Shown piece after piece: positions 49,733 to 61,085 of a DNA stretch of 64,000 nucleotides (position 1 is the first letter of the stretch; each line of letters starts with the position of its first letter). A program made the translations under genes and the position numbers. A model generated the notes under the pieces. That model saw only the letters and a program-made list of their open reading frames with translations, had not been told where the DNA came from and did no database searches. The stretch comes from Squalus acanthias (Eukaryota), in the NCBI GenBank assembly GCA_030390025.1, contig CM059431.1, positions 112,284,001-112,348,000 on the forward strand, written 5' to 3'.

Positions 49733-51074
49733 ATGAGGGGGAAAAGAAGAAGCAAATAGGAATTGGGAGAAAAAAGCAAAATGAAGAAGCAGGCAGGAGA
49801 AGCACACTGGCATAGAACAGGTTATGAATGCTGAAATTCTTCTCTCCGATGTTTTAGCAGAGGTATTAACCCATTTATTTTAAACAGGCTAGCACTTCCA
49901 CTAAAGAGGAAGGATGGCAACTTTTGTGTGTTTTGTTTGTGTTGGTGGGACTAGCTGCCTTCACAAACATTCAGTAAGTTTACTCAAAGCACCATCCAAT
50001 CCAGGGTGACAGTCATTTCCCTGAACCTGCTGACAATCCAGTAATTATATTTTTGCCTTTTGTACAGTACAACCTTGGCTATTGGTTCGAAAGTATCCTA
50101 GTCAGTTTGTCTTTGGTATTATCCTATAATTTCTCAGAGAAAATGTAAGTTCTTATACAAATAGTCAATGCAAGCCAAAATCCATGACGCTTCGATAGTA
50201 TAATTGTGTCACTGAGGGTGAAGCCCTGAGCTGCTTTTTGAACAAACACAGTATTACACACAAGATCTGTAATTATAAAAGGAGTCAAGGTCTTTGGTAG
50301 AGAAAGATTTCCAGATAATCCAAACCTCACACTATAGCAACCAGCTCAGTAGATGCAGATTACACAATAAAGATAACGGCTGTTCATGTTGTGCAATTGA
50401 TTGTTCAATGTGCAAGTTAACTTATGTTGGTCAGGTCAATATGTGCATTGAAATTCATTTGAAATTAAGCATTTCTCAAACAGAATATCAAAGCATCACA
50501 AGGATTTCAAATTATGGGGTGAAATTCCTCTGTTGATAACAGTAGCCAAAAATGTCTGTGAGAACAAAATGGAAATTTGAGAGGAATTGGTATCCTTTCC
50601 ATTGCTCTTTTTAATCTTGCTATTGAATGAATCAATAGCCATATTGATCTTTTGTGATGGGAATTGTACTCAGAAAAAACACAACAGTTTTGCAGAAGGA
50701 AAGACAAACACATTAATAGTATTCTACATGACACCAGATGATGAGTCTGTCATAAACATTTCAATAAGATGATTTGAAGAGGTTATACAGTATATTTTTC
50801 AGGTATAGAAGCTTTGCTATGAAGACCCCATTGTTTGACCTACCTGAATGCAGTGTTATTAAGCATATAGTACACTCCCACGCCAATGTAATGTTGGATA
50901 GAATTAGCACTCTTGGTCACACGTTCAGATACTTTGATAAGTTATTATAATCATTTACCATTCTATCTTCCCTTGCACAATGGCAATCTTGCCTCTAACA
51001 GGAAATAGAAGCAAACCATTTTAAGAATTGAATTCATTGTTACATTTTTGTTTAGCATTTCTCTTTCAATTACT

Positions 51075-51243
51075 TTTTTAAATATTCATTCATGGGATGT
51101 GGGTGTCACTGGCAAGACCAGCATTTATTGCCCATCCCTATTGCCCTTGAGAAAGTGGTGGTGAACCACCTTCTTGAACCGCTGCAGTCCGTGTGGTGAA
51201 GGTACTCCCACAGTGCTGTTAGGGAGGGAGTTCCAGGATTTTG
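51075..51243 (-). mobile_element. 3' end of the 21033-24020 LINE family
   Basis: CATGGGATGTGGG..GCATTTATTGCCCATCCCTA.TGCCCTTGAG. Confidence 0.85.
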
Positions 51244-51389
51244 TACAATTGGATGTAGTATCATTGTTATTTAAAAATAGTGCAGCCTTGTAAAATTTGT
51301 GTTCTCACCTTCTTTCAAATGTTAAAGGAAATAAAATGAGATTTCTGATAATTCTCAGTTTGTGGATGGCATGATTATTGCATGCACGG

Positions 51390-51665
51390 TAAGTGAATCA
51401 TGTTGGATGTTGAAGATTTCATGGCATTTTCTGAAAAGAGCAGAGAGTTTGCTCAGTATCCTGGCTAGCATTCCCCACTCAAGCAATTGCATCAAAAACA
51501 GATGAACTAAGCAGTGCTGTTTTGGGGTACTTGTGCACAAAATGGTGGCTGCATACATCTATGCAACAGTAGCTGCACTTCAGAATAACTCATGGTACGT
51601 GAAACACTTTTGAGATGTTTCTAAAAGATGTGATGAAGCGAAATATAAAGGCAAGTTCTTTCTTT
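51390..51665 (+). mobile_element. Old DeuSINE-like 3' half
   Basis: GTGCACAAAATGGTGGCTGC..ATATAAAGGCAAGTTCTTCTTT. Confidence 0.6.
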
Positions 51666-52426
51666 ACAATTAATCCCACCCAATTAGGAGACTTGCGTGG
51701 TGATTCCTCTCTTTAAAATAGGAAATCAGAGAGATGCCAAGCAACTGTGGGAATCATTCTACTTCAATGTCCAAGCAGTGTGCATGCCAAGATAAAGAAC
51801 ACGGAGATTGTGGAGGATGATTTGACAGCTCTGAAACACTAAGATTAATAAAATGTGAACTCAAAAAATCAGCATTGGTTTTATAGGCCTTGAAAAGCTT
51901 CGATCTAGCCTTTTAAATCACTTGTGCCTATGTGTTAGAGGCCTAAGACATTGCTAACCCGCTCCCAAGAACAAAGGAGTCTAATTATAACATGTAGGAT
52001 TTGTGTTGTTGTGACTGTGGAACTCAACCAACAATGTGTCCAGCCATCACTTGAAGTTCTGTTTCTGTCGATATTATATATGGGCTACATCAGCAAGTGT
52101 AGTAAAGGGTGGCGGTGAAGGACTTGAGGGTTCGAGTTTTTCCTGTTTCTAAAATGTGCAGATGAACACATTATTTACAAACAAACCTCCGGGATTGAAT
52201 TCACCTATTCAAAGCCAAATGCACTCCGAACATACAAGTATTATCTCAGACTGAAGTGCCTAAGTGACTGAAACGTCAGTACTGTGCCTGGAAGTGCTGT
52301 GTGATGGAACATTTGAGATGCAGATGTAATATAATTACTGCAGTAACAGATTGTGTTTTAAGTTTATCTTATTGCCTAGTACAGTATATTCCACTTAAAC
52401 AAAGACTTGATAAGTGAACAGAGATA

Positions 52427-52670
52427 AAATGCTGGAAATCTGAAATAAAAACAGAAAGGGGTAGATCTTGATTTTGTGCGACAGTGTAAAACGAGTGATA
52501 GTGAATCGGCGGCCCGTTTTACATCTCTCCCCATTTTTATTTCCTTTGAAGTCACTATCAGTCAAAGTCAAGATTTATCCCAAAGTGTTTGAAATGCATA
52601 GCAGGCTGGTCAGCATCTGGAAGAGAAAGAACATAGATTAACATTTGAGGTTGGGATCTTCATCAGAACT
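52427..52670 (-). mobile_element. Decayed Penelope-like family B fragment with a degenerate hammerhead, split by a MITE
   Basis: AAATGCTGGAAATCTGAAATAAAAACAGAAA..CAGCATCTG..TTAACATTTGAGG..CTTCATCAGAACT. Confidence 0.65.
52458..52581. mobile_element. 124-bp PIF/Harbinger-like MITE
   Basis: TIRs GGGGTAGATCTTGA / TCAAGATTTATCCC (12/14); AAA on both sides. Confidence 0.8.
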
Positions 52671-52786
52671 AACATAGTACGGCAAGAGAGCCGCTTGATA
52701 GCGCTGACCAAAACAACGAGGGCAGGAAAGAGCAACATGTAGAAATTAAAGCCCCAAAACTGCAAGGTTCCAAGTCTAGAAAAGGG

Positions 52787-55700
52787 AGTCAATGAGACAG
52801 AATTAATAAATGATCTCATAGTAAAGGATCCTCTAGGAAAGAGTGATCATAGCACGGTTGAATTTCAAATTCAGTTGGAGGGTGAGAAAGTTGCATCTCA
52901 AACCAGTGTCCTGATCTTAAACAAAGGCAATTACAATGGCATGAGGGCAGAACTGGCTAAAGTGGACTGGAAAAATAAATTAAAGGGTAAGACAGTTAAA
53001 ATGCAGTGGCAGACATTTAAGGAGATATTTCATAACTCTCAACAGAAATATATTCCAGTGAGAAAGAAAGATTTTAGGAGAAGGGAGCACCATCCATGGC
53101 TAACTAAGGAAGTAAAGGATGATATCAAATTGAAAACGAAGGCATACAATGTTGCCAAGATTGGTGGGAGACCAGAGAATTGGGAAATTTTTAAAAACCA
53201 GCTAAGGATGACTAAAAAAATAAAGAGAGAGAAGATGAATTATGAGAGTAAACTGGCAAGAAATATTAAAACAGATAGTAAGAGCTTCTACGGGTATATA
53301 AAAAGGAAGAGAGTAGCTAATGTAAACATTGGTCCCTTAGAGGATGAGACTGGGGAATTAATAATGGGGAACGGGGAAATGGCAGAGACTCTGAACAAAT
53401 ATTTTGTATCTGTCTTCACGGTAGAAGACACGAACAACATCCCAAAAATGGATAATCAAGGGGCCACAGGGAGGAGGGAACTAAAGACAATCACTATCAC
53501 TAAGGAAATAGTACTCGGTAAAATAATGGAACTAAAAGACGACAAGTCCCCTGGACCAGATGGCCTGCATCTGTAAGGGGGACGTGTCTCAGACGGTGCT
53601 GGTGCGGGGTTAGGCCTTCGTTGCCTAATACTATTGCTTGCTCTGGTCTCCGGCCAGCCTTTTTGCAATAAGCACCTGTGAGTGGTTCGAAGCACCTGAG
53701 AGTGGTTCGACCCACTCGCCCTTACGGTTCTAACACTGGACTTAGGTGCAAGGAGCTGTAATGCAGAGAAAACTCAAATAGACCCGGTTGAATAGTACGA
53801 AATGGAAATCTTTATTGCATGGCGTCTAAAATCATGAAATACATGTCATAGGCGCAAATCAACGATAGTACAAGTATACATACATTCATAAAGCTTGGTC
53901 TGTGGAAATGGAGAACACACGGCACATCGTAGAAAGGGGAACACATTATACCTTAACCTTATTAAAAACCACCCTCCCTTAACATTGCCTACACTACGTC
54001 TAGATTTGTAGGATCAGAAAACATGCTCACCACTCGTGTTACTTCGGAGATTTTAAAGTGGGGCACTCAGCTCGTTTCGCTGCAGCGCCTGACTGTCACG
54101 TGTTTGGAAGGGTCTCTGCACCCCACTTGTTTATTTTCGCTGCTGCGACAAGCAGGCCAGACTCCCTGTTGTCATGAAGAACTTGACGGACCTCGGACAC
54201 AGTTCAAAGAAGAGTCTTCCTGTGCTCGATACAGGTTGTCGGTAGAACTCAAAGAAAAGTTCTTTATTTATATTTTCAGGCGCGGTCGGGGTTTACTGAC
54301 CGTGGCGGCACGTGGATTCTTCTCCTCTTCTTCTCGTCTCTTCGGGCCTCCGGGTCCAGTTACCGACACTCAGGATGGTGTACCCTGTTACTTGCCCTTG
54401 TCGGGGCGGCTCGTTCCGATTGAGCTCCACCCAACACTCGCATAACTGACCAGTACGGCTAAGAGTCAAGAGTCAACAAAGTCCAGAGAAACACAAAGTC
54501 CAGCCCTAAGGAAAAGCTTCAGCAAGGGTCCGCCGAGAGATAAGAGAATAAGAGTTCAGCAGTCAGCAGCGAGATAAGAGCCCGATGGACATTTGTTCTC
54601 CATAGTTATAGTGATGTGTCCGCTTATCTCCCGCTCAAATCTTAATGTTTGTCCTTTGTGTAATATTGGCGCTCAAAACTCCCAGCATGGGGCGGTTATC
54701 TTCCTTAACGGGTTTCGGTAGCACCTGAAACTGGCCAACTATCCGTTAATGTTTTCCCCATTGTTGACCCAGCCAGGATGTGTATGAATCGTCTCCCTGA
54801 CTGGTTTTGGGGGCCCCCGAATACTTGCTTAATCACCCGTCAATGTCTCTCTCATTGTAGAGCCGGGGGGGTATTTGTGTATTGATGTGTCTGGATGGGC
54901 CTTCGATTGCCCACTACAATGATCCTTTCTGTGCATAGGAAAACGATTCCAGCATTTATATCTTTGCTATTGTTCCAAATGCAAACGGGTTGTATCCTGT
55001 CTTTATCAGTGTTTACCGAGTATAATCCAATCTTATACGGAAATGTATATTCGACGCCATCTTGTCTGCCCACTGTGATTCTGGAAGCTTCTGCCACGAT
55101 GCGCAGCGGCCATTTTACAGGCTTCTGTGTCCTTTATTATCAGGACAGCATTTTGTTTAATAAAACTGATCAAACGAATCTGCTTCTCTTATGTTATTTT
55201 GAATCGCGATAATTGCGAAACTTTACACATCCCAGGGTCTTAAAAGAAGTGGCTGCAGAGATAGTGGATGCATTGGTTGCAATATATCAAAATTCCCTGG
55301 ACTCTGGAGGTGTCCCAGCGGATTGGAAAACCGCAAATGTAACACCCCTATTTAAGAAAGGAGGGAGACAGAAAGCAGGAAACTATAGACCAGTTAGCCT
55401 AACACCTGTCGTTGGGAAAATGCTGGAGTCCTTCATTAAGGAAGCAGTAGCAGGGCATTTGGAAAATCATAATGCAGTCAAGCAGAGTCAGCCTGGTTTT
55501 AGGAAAGGGAAATCATGTTTAACAAATTTGCTGGAGTTCTTTGAGGATGTAACGAGCAGGGTGGACAAAGGTGAGCCAGTGGATGTGGTGTATTTGGATT
55601 TCCAGAAGGCATTCGATAAGGTGCCACATAAAAGGTTACTTCATAAGATAAGAGCTCACGGAGTTGGGGGTAATATATTAGCATGGATAGAGAATTGGCT

Positions 55701-56779
55701 AACTAACAGAAAGCGGAGAGTCGGGATAAATGGGTCATTTTTTGGTTGGCAAATGGTAACTAGTGGGGTGCCACAGGGATCAGTGCTGGGGCCTCAGCTG
55801 TTTACAATCTACATTAATGACTTGGATGAAGGGACCGAGTGTAATGTAGCCAAGTTTGCGGACGATACAAAGATGGGTGGGAAAGCAAGTTGTGCAGAGG
55901 ACTCAAAGAATCTGCAAAGGGATATAGACAGGCTAAGTGAGTCGGCAAACATTTGGCAGATGGAGTATAATGTGGGAAAGTGCGAGGTTATCCACTTTGG
56001 CAGGAAAAATAAAAAAGCAAATTATTATTTAAATGGAGAGAGATTACAAAATGTTACAGTTCAGAGGGACCTGGGGGTCCTTGTGCATGAAACAAAAAAA
56101 GTTAGCATGCAGATACAGCAAGTAATCAAAAAGGCAAATGGAATGTTGGCCTTTATTTCAAGGAGGTTGGAGTATAAAAGCAGGGAAGTCCTGCTATAAC
56201 TGTACAGGGTATTGGTGAGACCACACCTTGAGTACTGCATACAGTTTTGGTCTCCTTATTTAAGGTAGGATATACTTGCAGTGGAGGCAGTTCAGAGACG
56301 ATTCACTAGGTTAATTCCAGAGATGAGGGGGTTGACTTATGAGGAAAGGTTGAGCAGGCTGGGCCTATACGCATTGGAACTTAGAAGAATGAGAGTTGAT
56401 CTTATTGAAACATATAAGATACTGAGGGGGCTCGACAAGGTAGTAGCAGAGAGGATGTTTCCCCTCGTGGGGAAATCTAGAACTCGGGGGCATAGTTTCA
56501 GAATAAAGGGTCGCCCTTTTAGAACTGAGATGAAGAGGAATTTCTTCTCTGAGGGTCGTAAATTTGTGGAATTCTCTGCCCCAGAGAGCTGTGGAGGCTG
56601 GGTCATTAAATACATTTAAAGTGGAGATAGATAAATTTTTGCAAGATAAGGGAGTGAAGGGTTATGGGGAGCGGGCAGGGAAGTGGCTTTGAGCCCAAGA
56701 TCAGCCATGATCTTATTGAATGGCGGAGCAGGCTCGAGGGGCCAAGTGGCCTATTCCTGCTCCTATTTCTTATGTTCTT
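52787..56779 (+). mobile_element. CR1 LINE (end of endonuclease, RT, 3' UTR), split by a solo LTR
   Basis: LGKSDH..SPGPDGLH|PRVLKEVA..FADDTK..; (TTCTTATG) tail; AAAGGG at 52781-52786 and 56780-56785 as probable TSD; late stops near 56197 and 56266. Confidence 0.93.
53572..55227 (-). mobile_element. 1656-bp solo LTR (retrovirus or LTR retrotransposon)
   Basis: TGTAA..TTACA termini; exact 4-bp TSD CATC (53568-53571, 55228-55231) inside the CR1 frame; minus-strand CCAAT, AGATAAG, TATAA (54606-54610) and AATAAA (53811-53816); CpG-rich. Confidence 0.88.
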
Positions 56780-57233
56780 AAAGGGTAGCCAGCACCAGCT
56801 TCCTCCCATACAAGGAGTTATGATAATTAAGCCCCACCCCAAAATTCATGTCATTTGGGCAAACTGCACTCTGGTGCTCAACTCGACCACATAAAATGGT
56901 TAAGCCACTGGTGGGGCCTGTCGAAATCGGATTTGTAAGATTCTCAAAATTCACAGATCCCCCAAAACTCGAAGACAAACCCTAAGGAAAAAGACTTGGG
57001 ACTCTTTTTCTAACTATTTCAGGGTGGTGAAATGCATTGGGCCTAACCGAAGGACATTTTAGAGCAAAAACCAAGATTTGGTATTTTAAAAGACATGTCT
57101 GGACTTGTAAGGGAGAAAAGGCTGTAAAGGAAGGTGGGTTCAACCTCTGTAAAAACAGTTTGGAGTTAATGTAAACTGTCTGGGGAACCGCATGACCTCG
57201 CTGGGAGTTAAATCGGCCCCTATCAGACATTAA

Positions 57234-58128
57234 GGGGTAAAAATTCAGTTGGTTGCGCCTCCCGTTAGCGCCTTAAGAGGGCGCTAATGGGGCACAAAGC
57301 CGCTAACGCCCGGGCGCAGCGATGTTTGCGCCGCTCGGGAACTTAACTAGAGATTGTGCGGCGGCGCTAAAACTTACCGCTGCGACCACCTGCGCGCGCA
57401 GATTGTGACGTCATTCCATGGTGCAACGCCCTTGTGGCGCCCCGGAGCGGAAATTGAGTGGCGCCCCCTGCCTTACCGCCTGGCGCATCCAATAACCGGA
57501 AGACTGGAACGCTATCAATCGCTGTGGGGCTGGGGGGGGCGCTATTTAAAGGGGGCCTCTTCCTGTCTTTTATTGTTGGTGGCATTTTTGAACTATGCAT
57601 TCTGAGAGAGAGAGAGGGAGAGACTTCTGGAGAGATTCAACGTTGTGTGAAGGAGTTTTGGGTACTGAGCAGCACTTTGCAGGTTCATTTTGATTTGCCA
57701 TTCCTTGTATCGATTTAGCAGAGACTGTGGGAGTTGCACTCTGAGCTCTTTGCCTGGTACTCTCCATTGTTCTTTCCAGCACATTTGATGTGCAAGTCTC
57801 TCCAGGCCGAGATTCAAGGCTGCAATGAACAGGATGTGGATGGAAAGCAAGATTAACCATCCCCTTTAAGAACTGGCCCGTGCCATTGTGTGTGTGTTCC
57901 ATTGCTGACTGACATTACATGAGCTTCGCCAGCGCTCTGAGGTAGCGCCTCACTCCTTGGCCTTTGCGCCTTAAGACAGGTGTGCAGCGCCTGATTTAGC
58001 ACTCCACTCACCTCCCGGGGCGGTAAAAGTGAAGTTTCCAGTCAGTGCCGATAATTAGCGCCAGGCGCTAATATTTGCGTCCAGACGATATTTGCGCCCC
58101 AAATGGGGCGCGACCTAATTTTTACCCC
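57234..58128. mobile_element. 895-bp PIF/Harbinger MITE
   Basis: Perfect 12-bp TIRs GGGGTAAAAATT / AATTTTTACCCC; exact TAA TSD (57231-57233, 58129-58131). Confidence 0.9.
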
Positions 58129-59547
58129 TAACATCCTAACAATAAACCCGAGGAAAAGCAGTCTCCACCCAAATTTACAGAGCCCATCAAAACATGCATA
58201 AAACAGATCACTTCGGCCTACTCTGTAGAAATCCCAGGCCCAGTCAAGAAACTCACAACTTGGGAACAATCAACTATGATTAAGTGGCAGATCGACAGGA
58301 TGGAGCCATCCCGAAACCACTTCACACATTAATAAACAAGTTACCATTAACGAGCCCGCCAGGATCTGATTTGGCGCACAGATAAGGAAGCTTCAATTAG
58401 TATAATTGAAGGCCCGTTCTCAACCTGAAAAAAAAGGAAGAAGGACAAGTTCATCCACGGAGGCATTCACCGCAACACAGTTCTCCAGCACCACCGTTCA
58501 ACGTTCCATGTCCAGCCAGGAGGTCGACAGCTCGAAGACCAGACCATTCAGCAAAGGAGGCCAACAGCTCCCGAAGTAGGCCGACACATGGAAGAAACCA
58601 GAGCGACCGCCTCAGTGACCATCGGACACCTCGCGGCAACAAGGGCCTCACGAAAACAACCAACCGAACATCACCACCAATATTGGGCCACCGCGACCAA
58701 AGAAGACCAACTCTGAGAAAATCCGAAGATCCGCAAAGTTTCCACTCTACAATCTACTCCTGACTTACCCCTGGGTAAGATTTTCCCCAAAGACTCTAAA
58801 CCCTACTTCTAAACCAAAGAAAAGTGGGTACTCACCTGATAGATCCAATACGCACCCTACCGCATCAGCGGACTCGAAGACTGACCAGCTAAGCAGTTGA
58901 AGTCCTCTACCACGTATGGGGTACGGCAGACACCAACCAACATATAGAGCGAACCCCAAAACCGCGAACTAGCCCAACTGTCAAGGATTCTGGTGAGTAT
59001 CATCCCTGGTCCTCTAGAGTCCAGATTGGGAGGGGTGAAGTATTCTTCTAATGTTATTTCCATCGTTTCTACCGAAGTGTTCCCAACTTTATTAGAGTGT
59101 TAAGAGTGTTTGTGTTGTGTTTTACTCTCTTGAATAAAGATCAAAGTTCTTGCATCAAAACCAGTTGTCTGCTGCACTTTTTGTCATAACCCCCAAATAA
59201 GTCCAAGGTCTAGAACCCAGGGAGTGGGAGCGATTCGAACCGCTCAGAAGTCAGAGGTGAAGCTGACACAAACCACCACCCCAGCAGGCCAACCATTCCC
59301 AAGGTTATATCAAAACTTGTGTCTTTTTGGAAAAAGCATCAATCTTTGGTTGCATTTCAATCCCTGCATGAGTTTTCTTTGTGTGGAGGGTGTCAATTTT
59401 ACACCGTAACATTGTTTGTTATACTTTCTTACAGTATTATTGACTGTTTTAGCAGAAGAACTTGCAGTGAACAAAATGCCGGGAAGGGAATTCCTCTGGG
59501 AATTCCTATTGTACTCCTATCACTAGCTCAGGACTCGCGTTTATAGA

Positions 59548-59975
59548 CCCTGGCACTCCTACCTGGACATGTCAGAGGAAATCTGTCGCTGCCATCTCAG
59601 TTTCACAAGAGAGGCCATTGCTGAGCTATGGCATCTAATCTGGGCTGAACTGCAGACAGGTTGCGTAGCTGCGAAGGTTATTCTTTAGTGATTCAGATCC
59701 ATCCGAGGCACTGCAGGTGACATCTGCTGGCTCATTGGTATGCTAAAGCAAAGGTTATGTTGTTGGAGCACTTAGGTGGGGTGCTTCCTTGCAAAGGTTC
59801 CTAAAATAATAAAAGTCTGCTGCATGTTGCATAACTTCACAATCCAAAGATGAGTCTTCATGCAGCAGGATGGAGAGAAGATTTCCAGAGCAATAGTAGC
59901 AGAGGAGAAGGAAATAGTATTTCAGCCTGAAAGATTAGTGCAGCAGAATGTCATTCATAACTGCTTTCAGCAGTT
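59548..59975 (+). pseudogene. Internally deleted Harbinger transposase remnant
   Basis: YLDMSEEICRCHLSFTREAIAELWHLI and VCCMLHNF motifs. Confidence 0.65.
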
Positions 59976-61047
59976 TCTAGATATAGCCCTGAATAAGTAG
60001 AGCAGACCAATAAACCACTGCACTCTACATTTTCATCCACTGTAGCTTAAATGTCATCTTTCACCATCCTATCACTTGGAGTCTTAACATGATCCTTCCC
60101 AACAGAAGCTGTCTGCACTGAGAAATAAAATATTCCAAATTTATTAGGTGATGTTTAGATATTGACTACTGCCAACTGCTGACTTCCGCTCAGTGACCTT
60201 TTAACATGTGTTTTTTTCTAGAGCCTACCCTGCTACTACATCTACGTGCTCGCTGGGTGGGAAAAGCAAGTCTGGCGACTGGCTGCTGTTGGTCAGTGTG
60301 GACCTCAAGGAATGAAGATAGCACTGTATTTCTGGATGCAGGGTCATTAGATGGCCGTGCTACAGATGGTGCCGCATCCGGGAAGGCAGTGGCTGTCAGC
60401 ATGAGCCTGCTAAGTGCCACTTCTTCAATCCTTTGAGAGGGAGCACACTGGATGGACCGCTGTGCGGCTACCTTAAGAGGAAGTGTGTCCTTGATCCTGC
60501 CACGCTCCAGGTGTTGGGCATCCCTGCAGGATGCGTGAGAGCCTAACACTGAGGGGTGTCCAGCTGATCTACAGCCTATCAAATCTGGAAGACATATAAA
60601 CTCCTGGAAGTTGGAGCTCCAAGTTTCCAGCCTGTCTCGGTTCAGGCACAAAAATTGGTGGAGGAAAGCTGGAATGACCTGGCCCCAGGATGTTTTGTTG
60701 GCATAGCTAAAAGGCATTTTAAAACCATCACCAATAAAAAGCCAGACTCGAGTCGTCGTTGGCTTGTTCACAGATGTGATTTCCAGTAAAGTAAAAATGT
60801 TAAAGTTTATGGTTTTCCATACAGACTGCAGCATTTGACACATTAGACCCCCTGTAACCCCACCTCATTGTCTCAGTTGTATCTTGCTATGTCTTTGATG
60901 TGGTGCCTTCCTGGCTGACCTGATTGTTTCTCTGCCGAGGTGTGACGAAAGGCAGTCAGCAGGATTAAATGTAGTCGTCTGACATTGTACGCTACACATG
61001 CATTGTTCTCTATCTATATATGCTTTGTCGATTCGTATTCCTTTACT

Positions 61048-61085
61048 TCACCTGACGAAGGGGCAGCAGCTCCGAAAGCTTGTGA
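61048..61085 (+). ncRNA. Minimal hammerhead ribozyme motif (family A) in a single pLTR at about 60990-61133
   Basis: TCAC-CTGACGA-A-GGGGC(AGCA)GCTCC-GAAA-GC-T-T-GTGA, followed by the conserved CTGTTGGACTATAACCTGGTGTTGTGCGACTTCTCA. Confidence 0.8.

Larger units (their letters stand above)
52675..59411 (+). mobile_element. Putative long solo LTR (about 1.85 kb net; pieces about 52675-52786, 56786-57233 and 58132-59411)
   Basis: Ends CCGTAACA; probable start TAGTACGG (6/8 inverted match); TATAA 58401, AATAAA 59133; motifs shared with the LTR at 53572-55227; no PBS after the end; TSD not recovered. Confidence 0.6.

Noticed and set aside
54852..55097. 81-aa ORF in the U3 of the solo LTR (LTR sense), resembling a retroviral accessory gene
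   Set aside because: GTG start, in-frame stop at 55134-55136 just upstream, no recognisable motif, and it overlaps YY1-like sites.
59186..59245. Resemblance of the U5 motif to twister or hairpin ribozymes (UAA..GUCCAAG; GUC/AGAA)
   Set aside because: The required helices and pseudoknot partners cannot be formed in either LTR.
60190..60843. 217-aa minus-strand ORF
   Set aside because: No recognisable domain; it lies convergent to a Harbinger transposase remnant and is probably decayed transposon sequence.
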